A stretch of DNA of 32,000 bases from Staphylothermus hellenicus DSM 12710 (GCF_000092465.1 NC_014205.1:1230001-1262000), one strand, 5' to 3'; counted from the stretch's first letter, positions 7,146 to 16,310 are shown. Program-made: numbers and translations. The notes: generated by a model not told the origin, from the sequence alone.

Positions 7146-8549
7146 CTATTTTTCTCGGTATGTTGCTTTCCTGATTTTATCGAATAATGACTTATACAAG
7201 TTTTCCTTCCCTTTTTCTCTAAGCAATAGATATCCCGGATAATTCAATAATTTCATATCATGTATTTCGCCGGGGCTAAACTCTACTTTGTTTACTTTAA
7301 TGTGTTCTGGAAAATAAGTATCCATGAATACTCCTATTTTTTCATAATAAGCGTTTCTATATTCTAGTGGAAGATAACTCGGAATATTACAGTCTTCACA
7401 CATTGTTACTAATCCATAATCAGCCACAACTATCTCGTTAACCCTACCATAGACTACAACTATGTTATCTTTTTTCGTATATCCACGAGCAATATCTTCG
7501 CTGATAAAAACTTTTCTCCAAATACCCTTAATAGCAGATTTATGTCCCTCCTTATATAATCTAATAAGTTGTTCTGGTGGAATATTTGATATTTTCTCAA
7601 TTAGATCATCTAGATTTAATGATTTATAAATACTCGATAAATTAATGCCTGACAATAGTTTCTCGAATAATAACTTAGGATCCATGGCCAGAACAGTATA
7701 GTTATCATCTCTTTTCTCTAGAAGAGCTATTATTTTACGTAGATTTTCATCTAGATAATTGATTTTATTACTTAGTTTTTTATATGGAAATATGCTTCTC
7801 TGTATAGTTTTTTTATCTTTCCTAGCAATATCCCAGAGATCAGGAGGGGCTTCACCTAGAAGATAATTTATTAGTAAGAGAACTATTTTGTATTCTCTCA
7901 ATAATTCTTCAACCCTACCCCTAATACTTAAGATCTTCGATAACGATAACAAATCCAGTATGGGGAATAAGAAACGCTTAATTCTTAAATCAATTAATGA
8001 ATAAATACTATCCTCTATAAACGCTTTCTCGGCCAGATCAACTAATAACTTATATATCTGAGGAGGTTGTTCAGGTAACAGAAAAACTATCTTCATGGCT
8101 CCTTCTCTAATAGAATTAAAAAATATATCGTATAGAAACAAAGTTTTCAGCCAAGCATAAAACCTACCTAGAATGAATGAGCTATTCTTTAATCCAGGTG
8201 TTTCCACGAATAAATAGATCTCTGGGATTTTCTCGTATCTACTAATATCTTGGAGAATACTTAGAGTAGTCCCAAGATCGAAGCCTTCTGAACCATTAAC
8301 TAATATTTCTATTTTTTCATCGTAAAACTTGACTCCTTTCAGAAATAAACTAGATAATTTACAAGAGTATGCTATGCTATCGAATCCTCTCGTTGTTAAT
8401 GGTTGGTATCTTGGAAAACCAACGTCTTCTATAATGATTTGCTCGTTTCTATCGTATCTTTTAGAATACCTAGGGGATATGATTAGTTTTCTTATATCCT
8501 TTCCAGATACGAGAGCTTTATCCATCATACCATATAATAATATAAGCAC
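7146..8549 (-). CDS. Hypothetical protein, 467 aa, no recognisable motif
   Basis: Long uninterrupted ORF in AT-rich DNA. Its start lies 4 nt from the stop of the upstream membrane-protein ORF, suggesting an operon. I saw no Walker, nuclease or other signature. Confidence 0.65.
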   Translation of the reverse strand: MLILLYGMMDKALVSGKDIRKLIISPRYSKRYDRNEQIIIEDVGFPRYQPLTTRGFDSIAYSCKLSSLFLKGVKFYDEKIEILVNGSEGFDLGTTLSILQDISRYEKIPEIYLFVETPGLKNSSFILGRFYAWLKTLFLYDIFFNSIREGAMKIVFLLPEQPPQIYKLLVDLAEKAFIEDSIYSLIDLRIKRFLFPILDLLSLSKILSIRGRVEELLREYKIVLLLINYLLGEAPPDLWDIARKDKKTIQRSIFPYKKLSNKINYLDENLRKIIALLEKRDDNYTVLAMDPKLLFEKLLSGINLSSIYKSLNLDDLIEKISNIPPEQLIRLYKEGHKSAIKGIWRKVFISEDIARGYTKKDNIVVVYGRVNEIVVADYGLVTMCEDCNIPSYLPLEYRNAYYEKIGVFMDTYFPEHIKVNKVEFSPGEIHDMKLLNYPGYLLLREKGKENLYKSLFDKIRKATYREK

Positions 8550-8553
8550 TATT

Positions 8554-9714
8554 CTACCACCAATTCCTAGAAATAGTATTCAATTCTGAAACAATTGAAT
8601 CAATTAACGATTCTAATTCCATCATATTCTCAGCTAGAAGTTCTAATCGTTTCATTAAACTATCCCATAACTTGAACACATCAGCTTTCCTATAATACTT
8701 GAGAAGCTCTAAATGTTTTTCAGCAGAGTATATCTTAACTAATACTTTATCAACATTAACAATGTCTCTGATACTCGCATTTTGCGGAATACGGATATTA
8801 TCCCCTGTATAAAACTGTATTTCCTTAACATCTTCAAACGATAATCCAAGCCTCGCTAGGGCAGCATTAACTGCTTGTCTTGAAGCATTAAGAAGAGCTT
8901 CATTTAATCCAACACGGTATTCTTGCTCATAAACCAGATCATCATTGAAGTAAATAGTAAACAATATATTTTTAAGCTCAACATTTCTAGCCTTAATACC
9001 CATATTGTAAATGAGCATGTCATTATAGTATATTTTCACTTTTCCACCAATAGGTGTTAAGGGCTTAACATCTATGTAATCATATATGAGTCCTTTAACT
9101 AGTCCAGATACTTGAAGGTTCTCTGAAGGTTCAGCAATTATTTTCACATTTCTCGATCCATATAGTTTTATTCTTAATACTTGATCATTATCCAGGATTA
9201 AGGGTGATATGCCGGGGAATACCTGTGATTCGCTACCATCATTATTTATCGTGGACAAAGTAATACTGATTAATGGATATTTTTTAGAAAAAATAACAAC
9301 TAATAATCCTAAAACAATTACTATAACTAATGATACACCTACACTAAACACACTCATACCGCGAATAAATAGAAAAGCCATCACTACTACTTCAACAATC
9401 GCGACTAATGTCAACAATGATAACGAATAAAGACCCATAAACCTCAGTAAACCAATACCTAGCCTATCCCTCCTCAAACTATAAACTAAAATAATCAGGA
9501 GAAACACTATAATAACAGAGATCTTCAAAAGCTCCGCTAACCTTAGACTAATCAAGCCAGTGGTTGACGCCAAATAAGTAAATATATCAGTACCAGTATT
9601 AACTAGCGCACCAAAATAAACCCCTACCGAAACAACCGTTAAAACAGCCAGTATAGACCCCCTAACAACTAATGAAAAAATCGGTAACAACAACTTACTG
9701 TTCACACAACACAC
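8554..9714 (-). CDS. Polytopic membrane protein with C-terminal soluble domain, unknown function
   Basis: 386-aa ORF. About five hydrophobic helices occupy the first ~160 aa, followed by a beta-rich region and a C-terminal helical tail (LWDSLMKRLELLAENMMELESLIDSIV). Confidence 0.65.
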   Translation of the reverse strand: MCCVNSKLLLPIFSLVVRGSILAVLTVVSVGVYFGALVNTGTDIFTYLASTTGLISLRLAELLKISVIIVFLLIILVYSLRRDRLGIGLLRFMGLYSLSLLTLVAIVEVVVMAFLFIRGMSVFSVGVSLVIVIVLGLLVVIFSKKYPLISITLSTINNDGSESQVFPGISPLILDNDQVLRIKLYGSRNVKIIAEPSENLQVSGLVKGLIYDYIDVKPLTPIGGKVKIYYNDMLIYNMGIKARNVELKNILFTIYFNDDLVYEQEYRVGLNEALLNASRQAVNAALARLGLSFEDVKEIQFYTGDNIRIPQNASIRDIVNVDKVLVKIYSAEKHLELLKYYRKADVFKLWDSLMKRLELLAENMMELESLIDSIVSELNTISRNWW

Positions 9715-9779
9715 CTAAACACACTTATTGCTAAACATATAATAATACGTTTACTAAGGATATATTAGGTTTAAACCAA

Positions 9780-11000
9780 TCAAAAACCCCGTCTTTTAAT
9801 AAACCTTCTCTCATATAAGCGTTGAGTTCTCTCAGTATCTAAATCCCAATATTTCTTTTCCTGTAGAAAATTCTGATAAGGCACAGTAAACTTTTTGAAC
9901 GTTCTTTTTATGTATCTTATTATTTTAATGCTTTCAATATATCCTTCATTATATAGTTGAAACAGAAAATAATAGATATCATCCATTCTATTTATTGCCT
10001 CTAGAATCCCAGCATGAATGGTATAGTTATCACTGCTTATTTCTGAATATAACTGTGAGGAATATGTTATTCCTATGGTATTTTCTAATTTTTCAAATAA
10101 TGAAATTAACGATCTATAGTAGTAATAATTTTTAGTCGTAATTATAATTATTAATGGCTCCCCAATATGTTTTACAAAAATACCCATTTTCATATATATT
10201 CCATTTATCATGGAATATCGAAGAACATGATTATTTAGATGCTTGTTCAATGTTCTTATGGGTATTGAAAGCTTTTTCGCAAGATCATATATAGTTGCAA
10301 ATGCGTTTTTCTCGAATTCTTTAATAAGCATAAGATCTACTATATCTCGAGGCCTAGAATATTCTATAATAAGATCATTGTAGTGTTTTTTCCTTAGAAG
10401 CTCGTTAAAAATTTGTGTAAGTTCGTTAAAACTATATCCAGTTACTAGCGGATGTTTTTCTATGTTTATTGTTAATCTGGGTTGTTTTCTAAGATTTTTA
10501 TCAAAATAATAATAATGAATCGAATTTTGATCAGCTTTCTTTTTCAATTCTTTCAGTATATTATATACAAGATCCTTTCTGTATTCATGTGGAATATAAT
10601 ATTGTATATAAGTACCAAAAACATCTTTTGTTAGACTATAGGTTCTAACCCACTCAATATAGGGTAATTCGTTCAATCTCATAAAGTGTTTCTCGATGAA
10701 TACTAACAATATATCCAATCCTATTTTAGAATAATCTATTGCTGCTGTGAACTCTATACCGTTTTCATTTAATTTATTAATAATTTTTGATAACTTATAT
10801 GGATCATATTCTATTTCTCTTCCAATATAGCTATAATATCCTAACTTATTGGCTCTTGTTAAAGCATTAATTAGTTCGATTGTTTTTTGGTTCGAGAATA
10901 TTTTCTTTAAACTTTTTATTACTCGGGTTTCTTTTGATCTGATCCTCAATGTTAATGACCATGTTATTAAATGATTATTTACATGAATACTACATGACAT
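9780..11000 (-). CDS. Putative transcription regulator with two Lrp/AsnC-like wHTH modules
   Basis: 406-aa ORF. Module 1 is TIELINALTRANKLGYYSYIGREIEYDPYKLSKIINKLNENGIEFTAAIDYSKIGLDILLVFIE, matching the AsnC pattern of an HTH followed by xIDxxKIGL. Module 2 is ATIYDLAKKLSIPIRTLNKHLNNHVL followed by a beta-rich segment. Pattern recognition only. Confidence 0.45.
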   Translation of the reverse strand: MSCSIHVNNHLITWSLTLRIRSKETRVIKSLKKIFSNQKTIELINALTRANKLGYYSYIGREIEYDPYKLSKIINKLNENGIEFTAAIDYSKIGLDILLVFIEKHFMRLNELPYIEWVRTYSLTKDVFGTYIQYYIPHEYRKDLVYNILKELKKKADQNSIHYYYFDKNLRKQPRLTINIEKHPLVTGYSFNELTQIFNELLRKKHYNDLIIEYSRPRDIVDLMLIKEFEKNAFATIYDLAKKLSIPIRTLNKHLNNHVLRYSMINGIYMKMGIFVKHIGEPLIIIITTKNYYYYRSLISLFEKLENTIGITYSSQLYSEISSDNYTIHAGILEAINRMDDIYYFLFQLYNEGYIESIKIIRYIKRTFKKFTVPYQNFLQEKKYWDLDTERTQRLYERRFIKRRGF

Positions 11001-11044
11001 AATAATTTTATCTACTAATGGACTTAATAATATTAAAATGATCG

Positions 11045-11599
11045 GTGATTCGAATGGAGGTAGAACTTGTAGGCAAGAAGGAATTGTTCAGCGGCTTAAG
11101 ATTCTCTGTTGAGCGTCGACAAGTTAGGATTGATAACCGTGTTGTTGAGAGAGATGTAGTGGTCTTCCCGGATAGTGTGATTATTCTTCCAGTTCTTAAA
11201 AGTGATCAGATAATTCTGATTAAGCAATATAGAGCAGCTATTAATGACTACATATACGAAGTGCCTGCTGGAGTAGTTGAGCCAGGTGAATCCATTAGGG
11301 AGGCAGCTAGGAGAGAACTCATAGAGGAAACAGGATATGAGCCGGGAGAACTCATAGAGATTGGAGTATACTATCCTACACCAGGATATAGTACTGAAAA
11401 TATGCATTTCTTTATAGCAAGAAACCTAGAATATGTTGGTATGAAGCCTGAGCCATACGAGGTTATAAAACCATATGTTATACCGGTTAAGGATGCATTA
11501 GAAATGGTTAAGTCAAATGAGATTAAAGACCTGAAAACAGCTCTCCTAATACTATACTATGTGCATTATATGTGGAAGAAGAGTGAGGGAGAAGACTAA
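11045..11599 (+). CDS. Nudix hydrolase (ADP-ribose pyrophosphatase-like)
   Basis: 184-aa ORF with a complete Nudix box G-x5-E-x7-REUxEExGU, here GVVEPGESIREAARRELIEETGY. Confidence 0.85.
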   Translation: MIRMEVELVGKKELFSGLRFSVERRQVRIDNRVVERDVVVFPDSVIILPVLKSDQIILIKQYRAAINDYIYEVPAGVVEPGESIREAARRELIEETGYEPGELIEIGVYYPTPGYSTENMHFFIARNLEYVGMKPEPYEVIKPYVIPVKDALEMVKSNEIKDLKTALLILYYVHYMWKKSEGED

Positions 11600-11948
11600 A
11601 TTGAGCCAAGACCTAAAAATCATTAAGAGAGCGCTCTCGATCAAATTATATTTTGAGGGACCAAGTGATTGGACTACTAGGGAACTAATAGATATTGTCG
11701 ATGAATACTTTATGGAGAGGCTTCCAGTCATGATCAATAATGCACTGGAACCATATGGTATGGAAGCATCTATATTGGAGGATAAAACAGCTTGTGAAAT
11801 TCTCGGTGAAACCCCCTCGTGTAAAAACACATTAGTTATTGCATTATATATTGCAGGAACAAGTAAACCCGCCTACTATGCAATATATAGGTATAGAAAG
11901 GGAGATAATACTTATGAGTTTTTCCTTGAGAACCTAGTTCAAGCATAA
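11559..11948 (+). CDS. Hypothetical protein
   Basis: 129-aa ORF overlapping the Nudix gene by 41 nt if ATG 11559 is used. An in-frame TTG at 11601 would remove the overlap. A run of six T at 11970-11975 follows the stop. Confidence 0.45.
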   Translation: MCIICGRRVREKTKLSQDLKIIKRALSIKLYFEGPSDWTTRELIDIVDEYFMERLPVMINNALEPYGMEASILEDKTACEILGETPSCKNTLVIALYIAGTSKPAYYAIYRYRKGDNTYEFFLENLVQA

Positions 11949-12050
11949 CTAATAATGATATTATTTATATTTTTTCTCCAAGATCATTTATCTCTTTATT
12001 AAGCAAACATACAGATAAGATCAATTCTATAAATATTCTCGGTGAAAAAC

Positions 12051-12221
12051 ATGAACGCCAAACACGTCACCAAACTATTAAAGCTCGTAAAGATCTTCGC
12101 ACTAATCATACCAATAATATCAATCGCCATAACTCTAGCTAGCGGCAACACAGTAGATCCAACTGGTTCAGCTGGAAAACCCGGCGGAGACCCTATTGAG
12201 GGCGATCTTAGTCCGTTTTAA
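12051..12221 (+). CDS. Small ORF (56 aa) with signal-peptide/TM-like N-terminus; not in the supplied ORF track
   Basis: My translation is MNAKHVTKLLKLVKIFALIIPIISIAITLASGNTVDPTGSAGKPGGDPIEGDLSPF, then a stop. An SD-like GGTGA lies at 12041-12045, with an in-frame alternative GTG start at 12042. TATA-like boxes lie at 11996-12003 and 12028-12036, and a T-rich tract at 12259-12268. Confidence 0.4.
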   Translation: MNAKHVTKLLKLVKIFALIIPIISIAITLASGNTVDPTGSAGKPGGDPIEGDLSPF

Positions 12222-12360
12222 ATTAAGGTATGAAATCTATTAAATGTTTTAAAATAAGCTTTTTTCTTCGCTATCCTTTTATTAAGCCCCGTGATCATGT
12301 TGGAAAGAATTTATTAATTATTGTTATGTTTTTGTTTTTCTAGGGGTTAATCAAGGGTCT

Positions 12361-12990
12361 ATGTTGTGGTTTGCTATGTCTAGCATTTTAAGGGTTAGGC
12401 CGACAAAGATTGAGCTTATTAGGCTTAAGAGGAGGAAGGCTCTTGCCGAGAAAGTTCACCGTATTTTGCGTGAGCGTTTAACTATTCTTGTTAATGAGTT
12501 TTTGGTTAGGGTTAGGGAGGCTTATAATCTTAGGAGGACTGTTAATGATTTGATTTTTAATTTGTATAATGATTCTGTTATGTTGAATAGTGTTTATGGA
12601 GAGTATGGTTTCCAGTATCTTAGATCTATTACTGTTAAGGAGCTTAGGGCTGTCATTGGTGTTGAGAATATTATGGGTGTTAAAACTCATTCAGCTGTTG
12701 TTAAGCATTCTAAAACGATAGAATATGTTTATCCCGGTTTTGACTCCTTCAGAGAAGAAGCTAGGAAATTAATCGAAGCTATAATTGAGCTTGGAAGAGC
12801 TGAGCAGGCTTTGATGGCTTTGGGAAGGGAGATTGAGAGGACGAAGAGGAAAGTTAATGCTTTGAAATACATTATAATACCTAGACTTGATAACACTATC
12901 CGGTACTTGAACATGAAGTTTGAAGAGAGGGAGAGGGAGGAGAAGGCTAGGCTTAAACGTATAAAGAGTATTTTAGAGAAGAGGAGGTAA
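12361..12990 (+). CDS. atpD: A-type ATP synthase subunit D (central stalk)
   Basis: The N-terminus RPTKIELIRLKRRKALAEKVHRILRERL and the coiled-coil C-terminus are typical of A/V-type subunit D. The likely true start is ATG 12376 (MSSILRV). Confidence 0.9.
   Translation: MLWFAMSSILRVRPTKIELIRLKRRKALAEKVHRILRERLTILVNEFLVRVREAYNLRRTVNDLIFNLYNDSVMLNSVYGEYGFQYLRSITVKELRAVIGVENIMGVKTHSAVVKHSKTIEYVYPGFDSFREEARKLIEAIIELGRAEQALMALGREIERTKRKVNALKYIIIPRLDNTIRYLNMKFEEREREEKARLKRIKSILEKRR
12981..12987 (+). promoter_or_regulatory. SD-like GAGGAGG inside the atpD 3' end, serving the overlapping downstream ORF
   Basis: GAGGAGG sits immediately upstream of a TAATG stop/start overlap (stop 12988-12990, ATG 12990-12992). 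Confidence 0.45.
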
Positions 12991-13421
12991 TGTTTTTCTT
13001 GTCTGACCATTTCAATGATCTTATAATGCGTGCATTGAGTGAGGAGCTTAGAATTGTAAATAAACACCTTGTTTATCGTAAGAAAAGCTTATGTGATCTA
13101 TTATCTATGGATATCCCATATCTTGTTCTCAGAGATGGATCTAAAAGCCTCGTTGATCGTAGGGAGCTTATATTATTAAAGAACCTCGTAGAAGGCGATC
13201 CCTGTAAATTGATGTTGCCTATAATTATTGAGTATAATCCTTCCCTCGGAAAATCAGCATATGTTGTGAGAGATGAAATTGCTGCTAAAGCTTTATCTAA
13301 ATTGTTAAGCTTAAAATATGAGAATGGACCATTAATTCTTTATAGACCCCAATTATACATGGTTAGGCTCAAGCTTCGGACAGTGACAACTATAATTTTT
13401 ATTCCCTCATCCCCATCTTAA
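12990..13421 (+). CDS. UPF0216/DUF61-like archaeal protein (recollection of family pattern)
   Basis: 143-aa ORF. The pattern is ...LNKHL...KSLCDLL...PYLVLRDGS...RREL..L......KLMLPIII......G.AYVV... and a C-terminal LRTVTTIIF, which resembles the conserved TTTxxxF end of DUF61 proteins. It appears translationally coupled to atpD. Confidence 0.5.
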   Translation: MFFLSDHFNDLIMRALSEELRIVNKHLVYRKKSLCDLLSMDIPYLVLRDGSKSLVDRRELILLKNLVEGDPCKLMLPIIIEYNPSLGKSAYVVRDEIAAKALSKLLSLKYENGPLILYRPQLYMVRLKLRTVTTIIFIPSSPS

Positions 13422-13458
13422 TAAATAATGCTGATAACCAGTGTAAAACAACTAGTTA

Positions 13459-13776
13459 ATGCGGCGTTTAAAGATGAGTAATCCAACAATTGAAGCTTTA
13501 GAAAAAGAAATCGAGAGCATACTGAACGAGGCGGAGAAAAAGAAGTTGAAAATCATAGGTGATGCTAAGAAGAAAGCAATGGAAATACTATCTAGACCTA
13601 TACCTATAGATACATACAAGCTTGAAGCAGAAAAGATCATTAAGGAAGCAGAGGAAGAAGCTAAGACTATACTAGAAGAAGCAAAGAGAAAAGCTGAAGA
13701 AATAAAAAATATTGATAAAGAAAAATTTGAAAAAGCAGTAAATAGGGTTGTCAACGTAGTTGCAGGGATAGAGTAA
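13459..13776 (+). CDS. atpH: A-type ATP synthase subunit H (small peripheral-stalk protein)
   Basis: A ~100-aa charged K/E-rich coiled-coil ORF directly upstream of, and overlapping (TAATG), subunit I. The likely start is ATG 13474 (MSNPTIE). Confidence 0.6.
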   Translation: MRRLKMSNPTIEALEKEIESILNEAEKKKLKIIGDAKKKAMEILSRPIPIDTYKLEAEKIIKEAEEEAKTILEEAKRKAEEIKNIDKEKFEKAVNRVVNVVAGIE

Positions 13777-15740
13777 TGGCTCCCCCAATTATAGTGAACA
13801 AACCTGTTGAGATGTATAGGATAAACATTATAGTTCCCAAACACTTAGTTGAAAAAGCATCATCCATACTACAAGAAGCTGGCACTGTTCATGTTGAGAA
13901 AACAGGGCGGGGTGTAGAAGAGTATATTAAACAATATGATAGACTCAACAATATTCTTAACAAAATAAGTCATATCATGAATCAAGTATCTAAAGTGTCT
14001 TTAGATGTAACTGTTACTAAGCTAGAACTAGAATCACTCGATATTGATAAGATCGAGAAAGATGTAAACAGTATTTATAGTGAAGTAGAAGGTATGTTGC
14101 AGAAAATATCTGAACTCGAAAACAATCTGCGAGAACTGGATGGATTGAGGAATATTCTTCAATTTTTACCTAAAAATTATTTTCTCAAAGATATTTGTTT
14201 TCGTGGGAAATATGTTTCAAGCATTGCTGTTAAGGGTGGAGTAGACGGGGTTAACCAACTAATTAGTTCTTTTAAGGAAATCTATGTTGTATACAAGATG
14301 CAGGTAGAACAAAATATTGTGGCTATCCTAGTTTATAGTTCTAATATACATGAGTCTTTGATTGAAAAATTGTCTTTGCTAGGTTTTTCTTTCATTAACT
14401 ATAATAAGATAGCCAACATGGTTTCTTTGAATGATACCGTAGAGGAGGCATTGAGGAAAATTAATGAATCATATATGAAATACTCAGCTATGATAAGTGA
14501 AACTAGGAAGCGTTTAAGAGATAAGATAAATAATTATCTAATGGATCTAGGAAAGTATTTGTTAATTGTTGAAAACAAGATTATGCAAATTAAGACTTTA
14601 CTCAACTTATACAGGAGCAAGTATCTTGTCCTTCTCTCCGGCTGGATACCTAAGAATAATGTAGGACAAGTTATTGATTCATTTAAAAATCAAGATATTC
14701 CATTCTATTATGAGGTTAGAGAACCTGTTAAAGGTGTTGATGAGCCTCCAACCCTGCTTAGAAATCCAAGAATAATTAGATGGTATGAATCAATTGTAAA
14801 GTTTCTTGGTCTTCCACGGTATTGGGAATGGGATCCTACTCCTATAATTGCTTATTCGTTTGCTCTATTCTACGGTATAATGTTGGCTGATATGGGTTAT
14901 GCCATTGCAATAATATTATCTGCTATATTCATACTCGACAAATTTGTTTCCGATCCGAAGAGCAGGGATTATGTGTTCTTTAAGAACATGATAATAGTTT
15001 CTAGTATTGTAGGATTAATAATAGGTGCATTGAGCGGTTATGTTTTTGGAGCCTCACTTTATGTTCTAACAGATGTTTTAAGCGATCCCATAAAATTCCT
15101 TATTTTATCCCTAATTATCGGTCTTATACATGTCAATATTTCGCATGCCCTAACATTAGCGAAGGCTTTGAAGGAGAAAATAATAGGCGATATATTGAAC
15201 GAAACAGGATTATTTATTACTGAGATATTTGGTATTCCATATGTTCTTTACACAATGCTGAATACTCCAATACTTAACATGCCTGTAGAAATGTATAATT
15301 ATTTATTATATGGAGTATTCATTGGTATAGGATTCCTAATTATTGGTTCATTAAAGAATATGGGATTCCTAGGATTATTGATGTGGTTATTTAACTTGAC
15401 AGGGTTACTAGGAGATGTTTTAAGTTATAGTAGGCTTGCAGGTGTAGGATTAGCAACCATATTTTTAGGGGCAAGCTTTAACAAATTAGCACTACTAGCT
15501 TTTACAGGTTTGGAATCCATGATCCCGGTTCCATTGGCAGATGCCATTATTGGTGGATTGATGATGGTTATCATTTTGGTTTTCGGGCATTTAATAAATA
15601 CAGCGCTTTCCGCTCTTGGAGGATTCATACACTCTATTAGACTATGCTTTGTAGAGTTTTTGAGCAAGTTCTATGAAGGAACAGGCTATCCATTTGAACC
15701 TCTGAGAATAGTTATGCGTAAAAGACTGGTGATCGAGTAG
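13776..15740 (+). CDS. atpI: A-type ATP synthase subunit I (membrane a-subunit)
   Basis: 654 aa, with a soluble coiled-coil N-terminal half and a polytopic C-terminal half. The latter carries the LSYSRLAGVGLA motif containing the conserved stator arginine. Confidence 0.9.
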   Translation: MAPPIIVNKPVEMYRINIIVPKHLVEKASSILQEAGTVHVEKTGRGVEEYIKQYDRLNNILNKISHIMNQVSKVSLDVTVTKLELESLDIDKIEKDVNSIYSEVEGMLQKISELENNLRELDGLRNILQFLPKNYFLKDICFRGKYVSSIAVKGGVDGVNQLISSFKEIYVVYKMQVEQNIVAILVYSSNIHESLIEKLSLLGFSFINYNKIANMVSLNDTVEEALRKINESYMKYSAMISETRKRLRDKINNYLMDLGKYLLIVENKIMQIKTLLNLYRSKYLVLLSGWIPKNNVGQVIDSFKNQDIPFYYEVREPVKGVDEPPTLLRNPRIIRWYESIVKFLGLPRYWEWDPTPIIAYSFALFYGIMLADMGYAIAIILSAIFILDKFVSDPKSRDYVFFKNMIIVSSIVGLIIGALSGYVFGASLYVLTDVLSDPIKFLILSLIIGLIHVNISHALTLAKALKEKIIGDILNETGLFITEIFGIPYVLYTMLNTPILNMPVEMYNYLLYGVFIGIGFLIIGSLKNMGFLGLLMWLFNLTGLLGDVLSYSRLAGVGLATIFLGASFNKLALLAFTGLESMIPVPLADAIIGGLMMVIILVFGHLINTALSALGGFIHSIRLCFVEFLSKFYEGTGYPFEPLRIVMRKRLVIE

Positions 15741-15810
15741 GGTTTTTATTAGGTAATATTTTAAATCCTCAACAACATGTTTTAGTATATTGGTTAAACA
15801 TGCTTAAGCG

Positions 15811-16287
15811 GTGAACACAATGGATCAATTAGCTGTAGGACTTGCATATGCCAGTGCAGCATTCGCTTTGATGGGGGGATTAATAGGTTCATCTATAGGT
15901 ATAGGTAAGGCTGGCTCTGCTGGATCAGCAGCTCTAGCAGAGGATCCTAAACAATTTAGAAATGTTTTCATACTAGCATCATTGCCGATGACGCAGACAT
16001 TCTATGGATTAATCATACTTATCCAGTATATTAGTTATGTTAATGGGCATCTTGAGACACTAACACTTGATAAAGCATTAGCTATTTTAGGATTAGGTCT
16101 AGCAGTTGCTGTAGCAGAGTTTTTCTCGGCATGGTTTCAAGGAATAGTATGTGCTTCCGGCATATCTGAATTGCCCCGTACCAAGGGAGCTGTAACCTTT
16201 AGTACTATGATACTAGCAGTATATGTAGAGCTTATAGGAATACTTGGAATGGTATTCGGTTTATTAGGCTTATCGCTTATAGGCTAA
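15811..16287 (+). CDS. atpK: A-type ATP synthase proteolipid (subunit K/c), duplicated four-helix form
   Basis: 158 aa forming two proteolipid hairpins, with Gly-rich helices GSSIGIGKAGSAGSAAL and FQGIVCASGISEL. The conserved carboxylate is present only in helix 4 (VYVELIG); the equivalent helix-2 site reads LPMTQTFYG. Confidence 0.9.
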   Translation: MNTMDQLAVGLAYASAAFALMGGLIGSSIGIGKAGSAGSAALAEDPKQFRNVFILASLPMTQTFYGLIILIQYISYVNGHLETLTLDKALAILGLGLAVAVAEFFSAWFQGIVCASGISELPRTKGAVTFSTMILAVYVELIGILGMVFGLLGLSLIG

Positions 16288-16310
16288 CATTTCCACAATG
16301 GGTGGACTAG

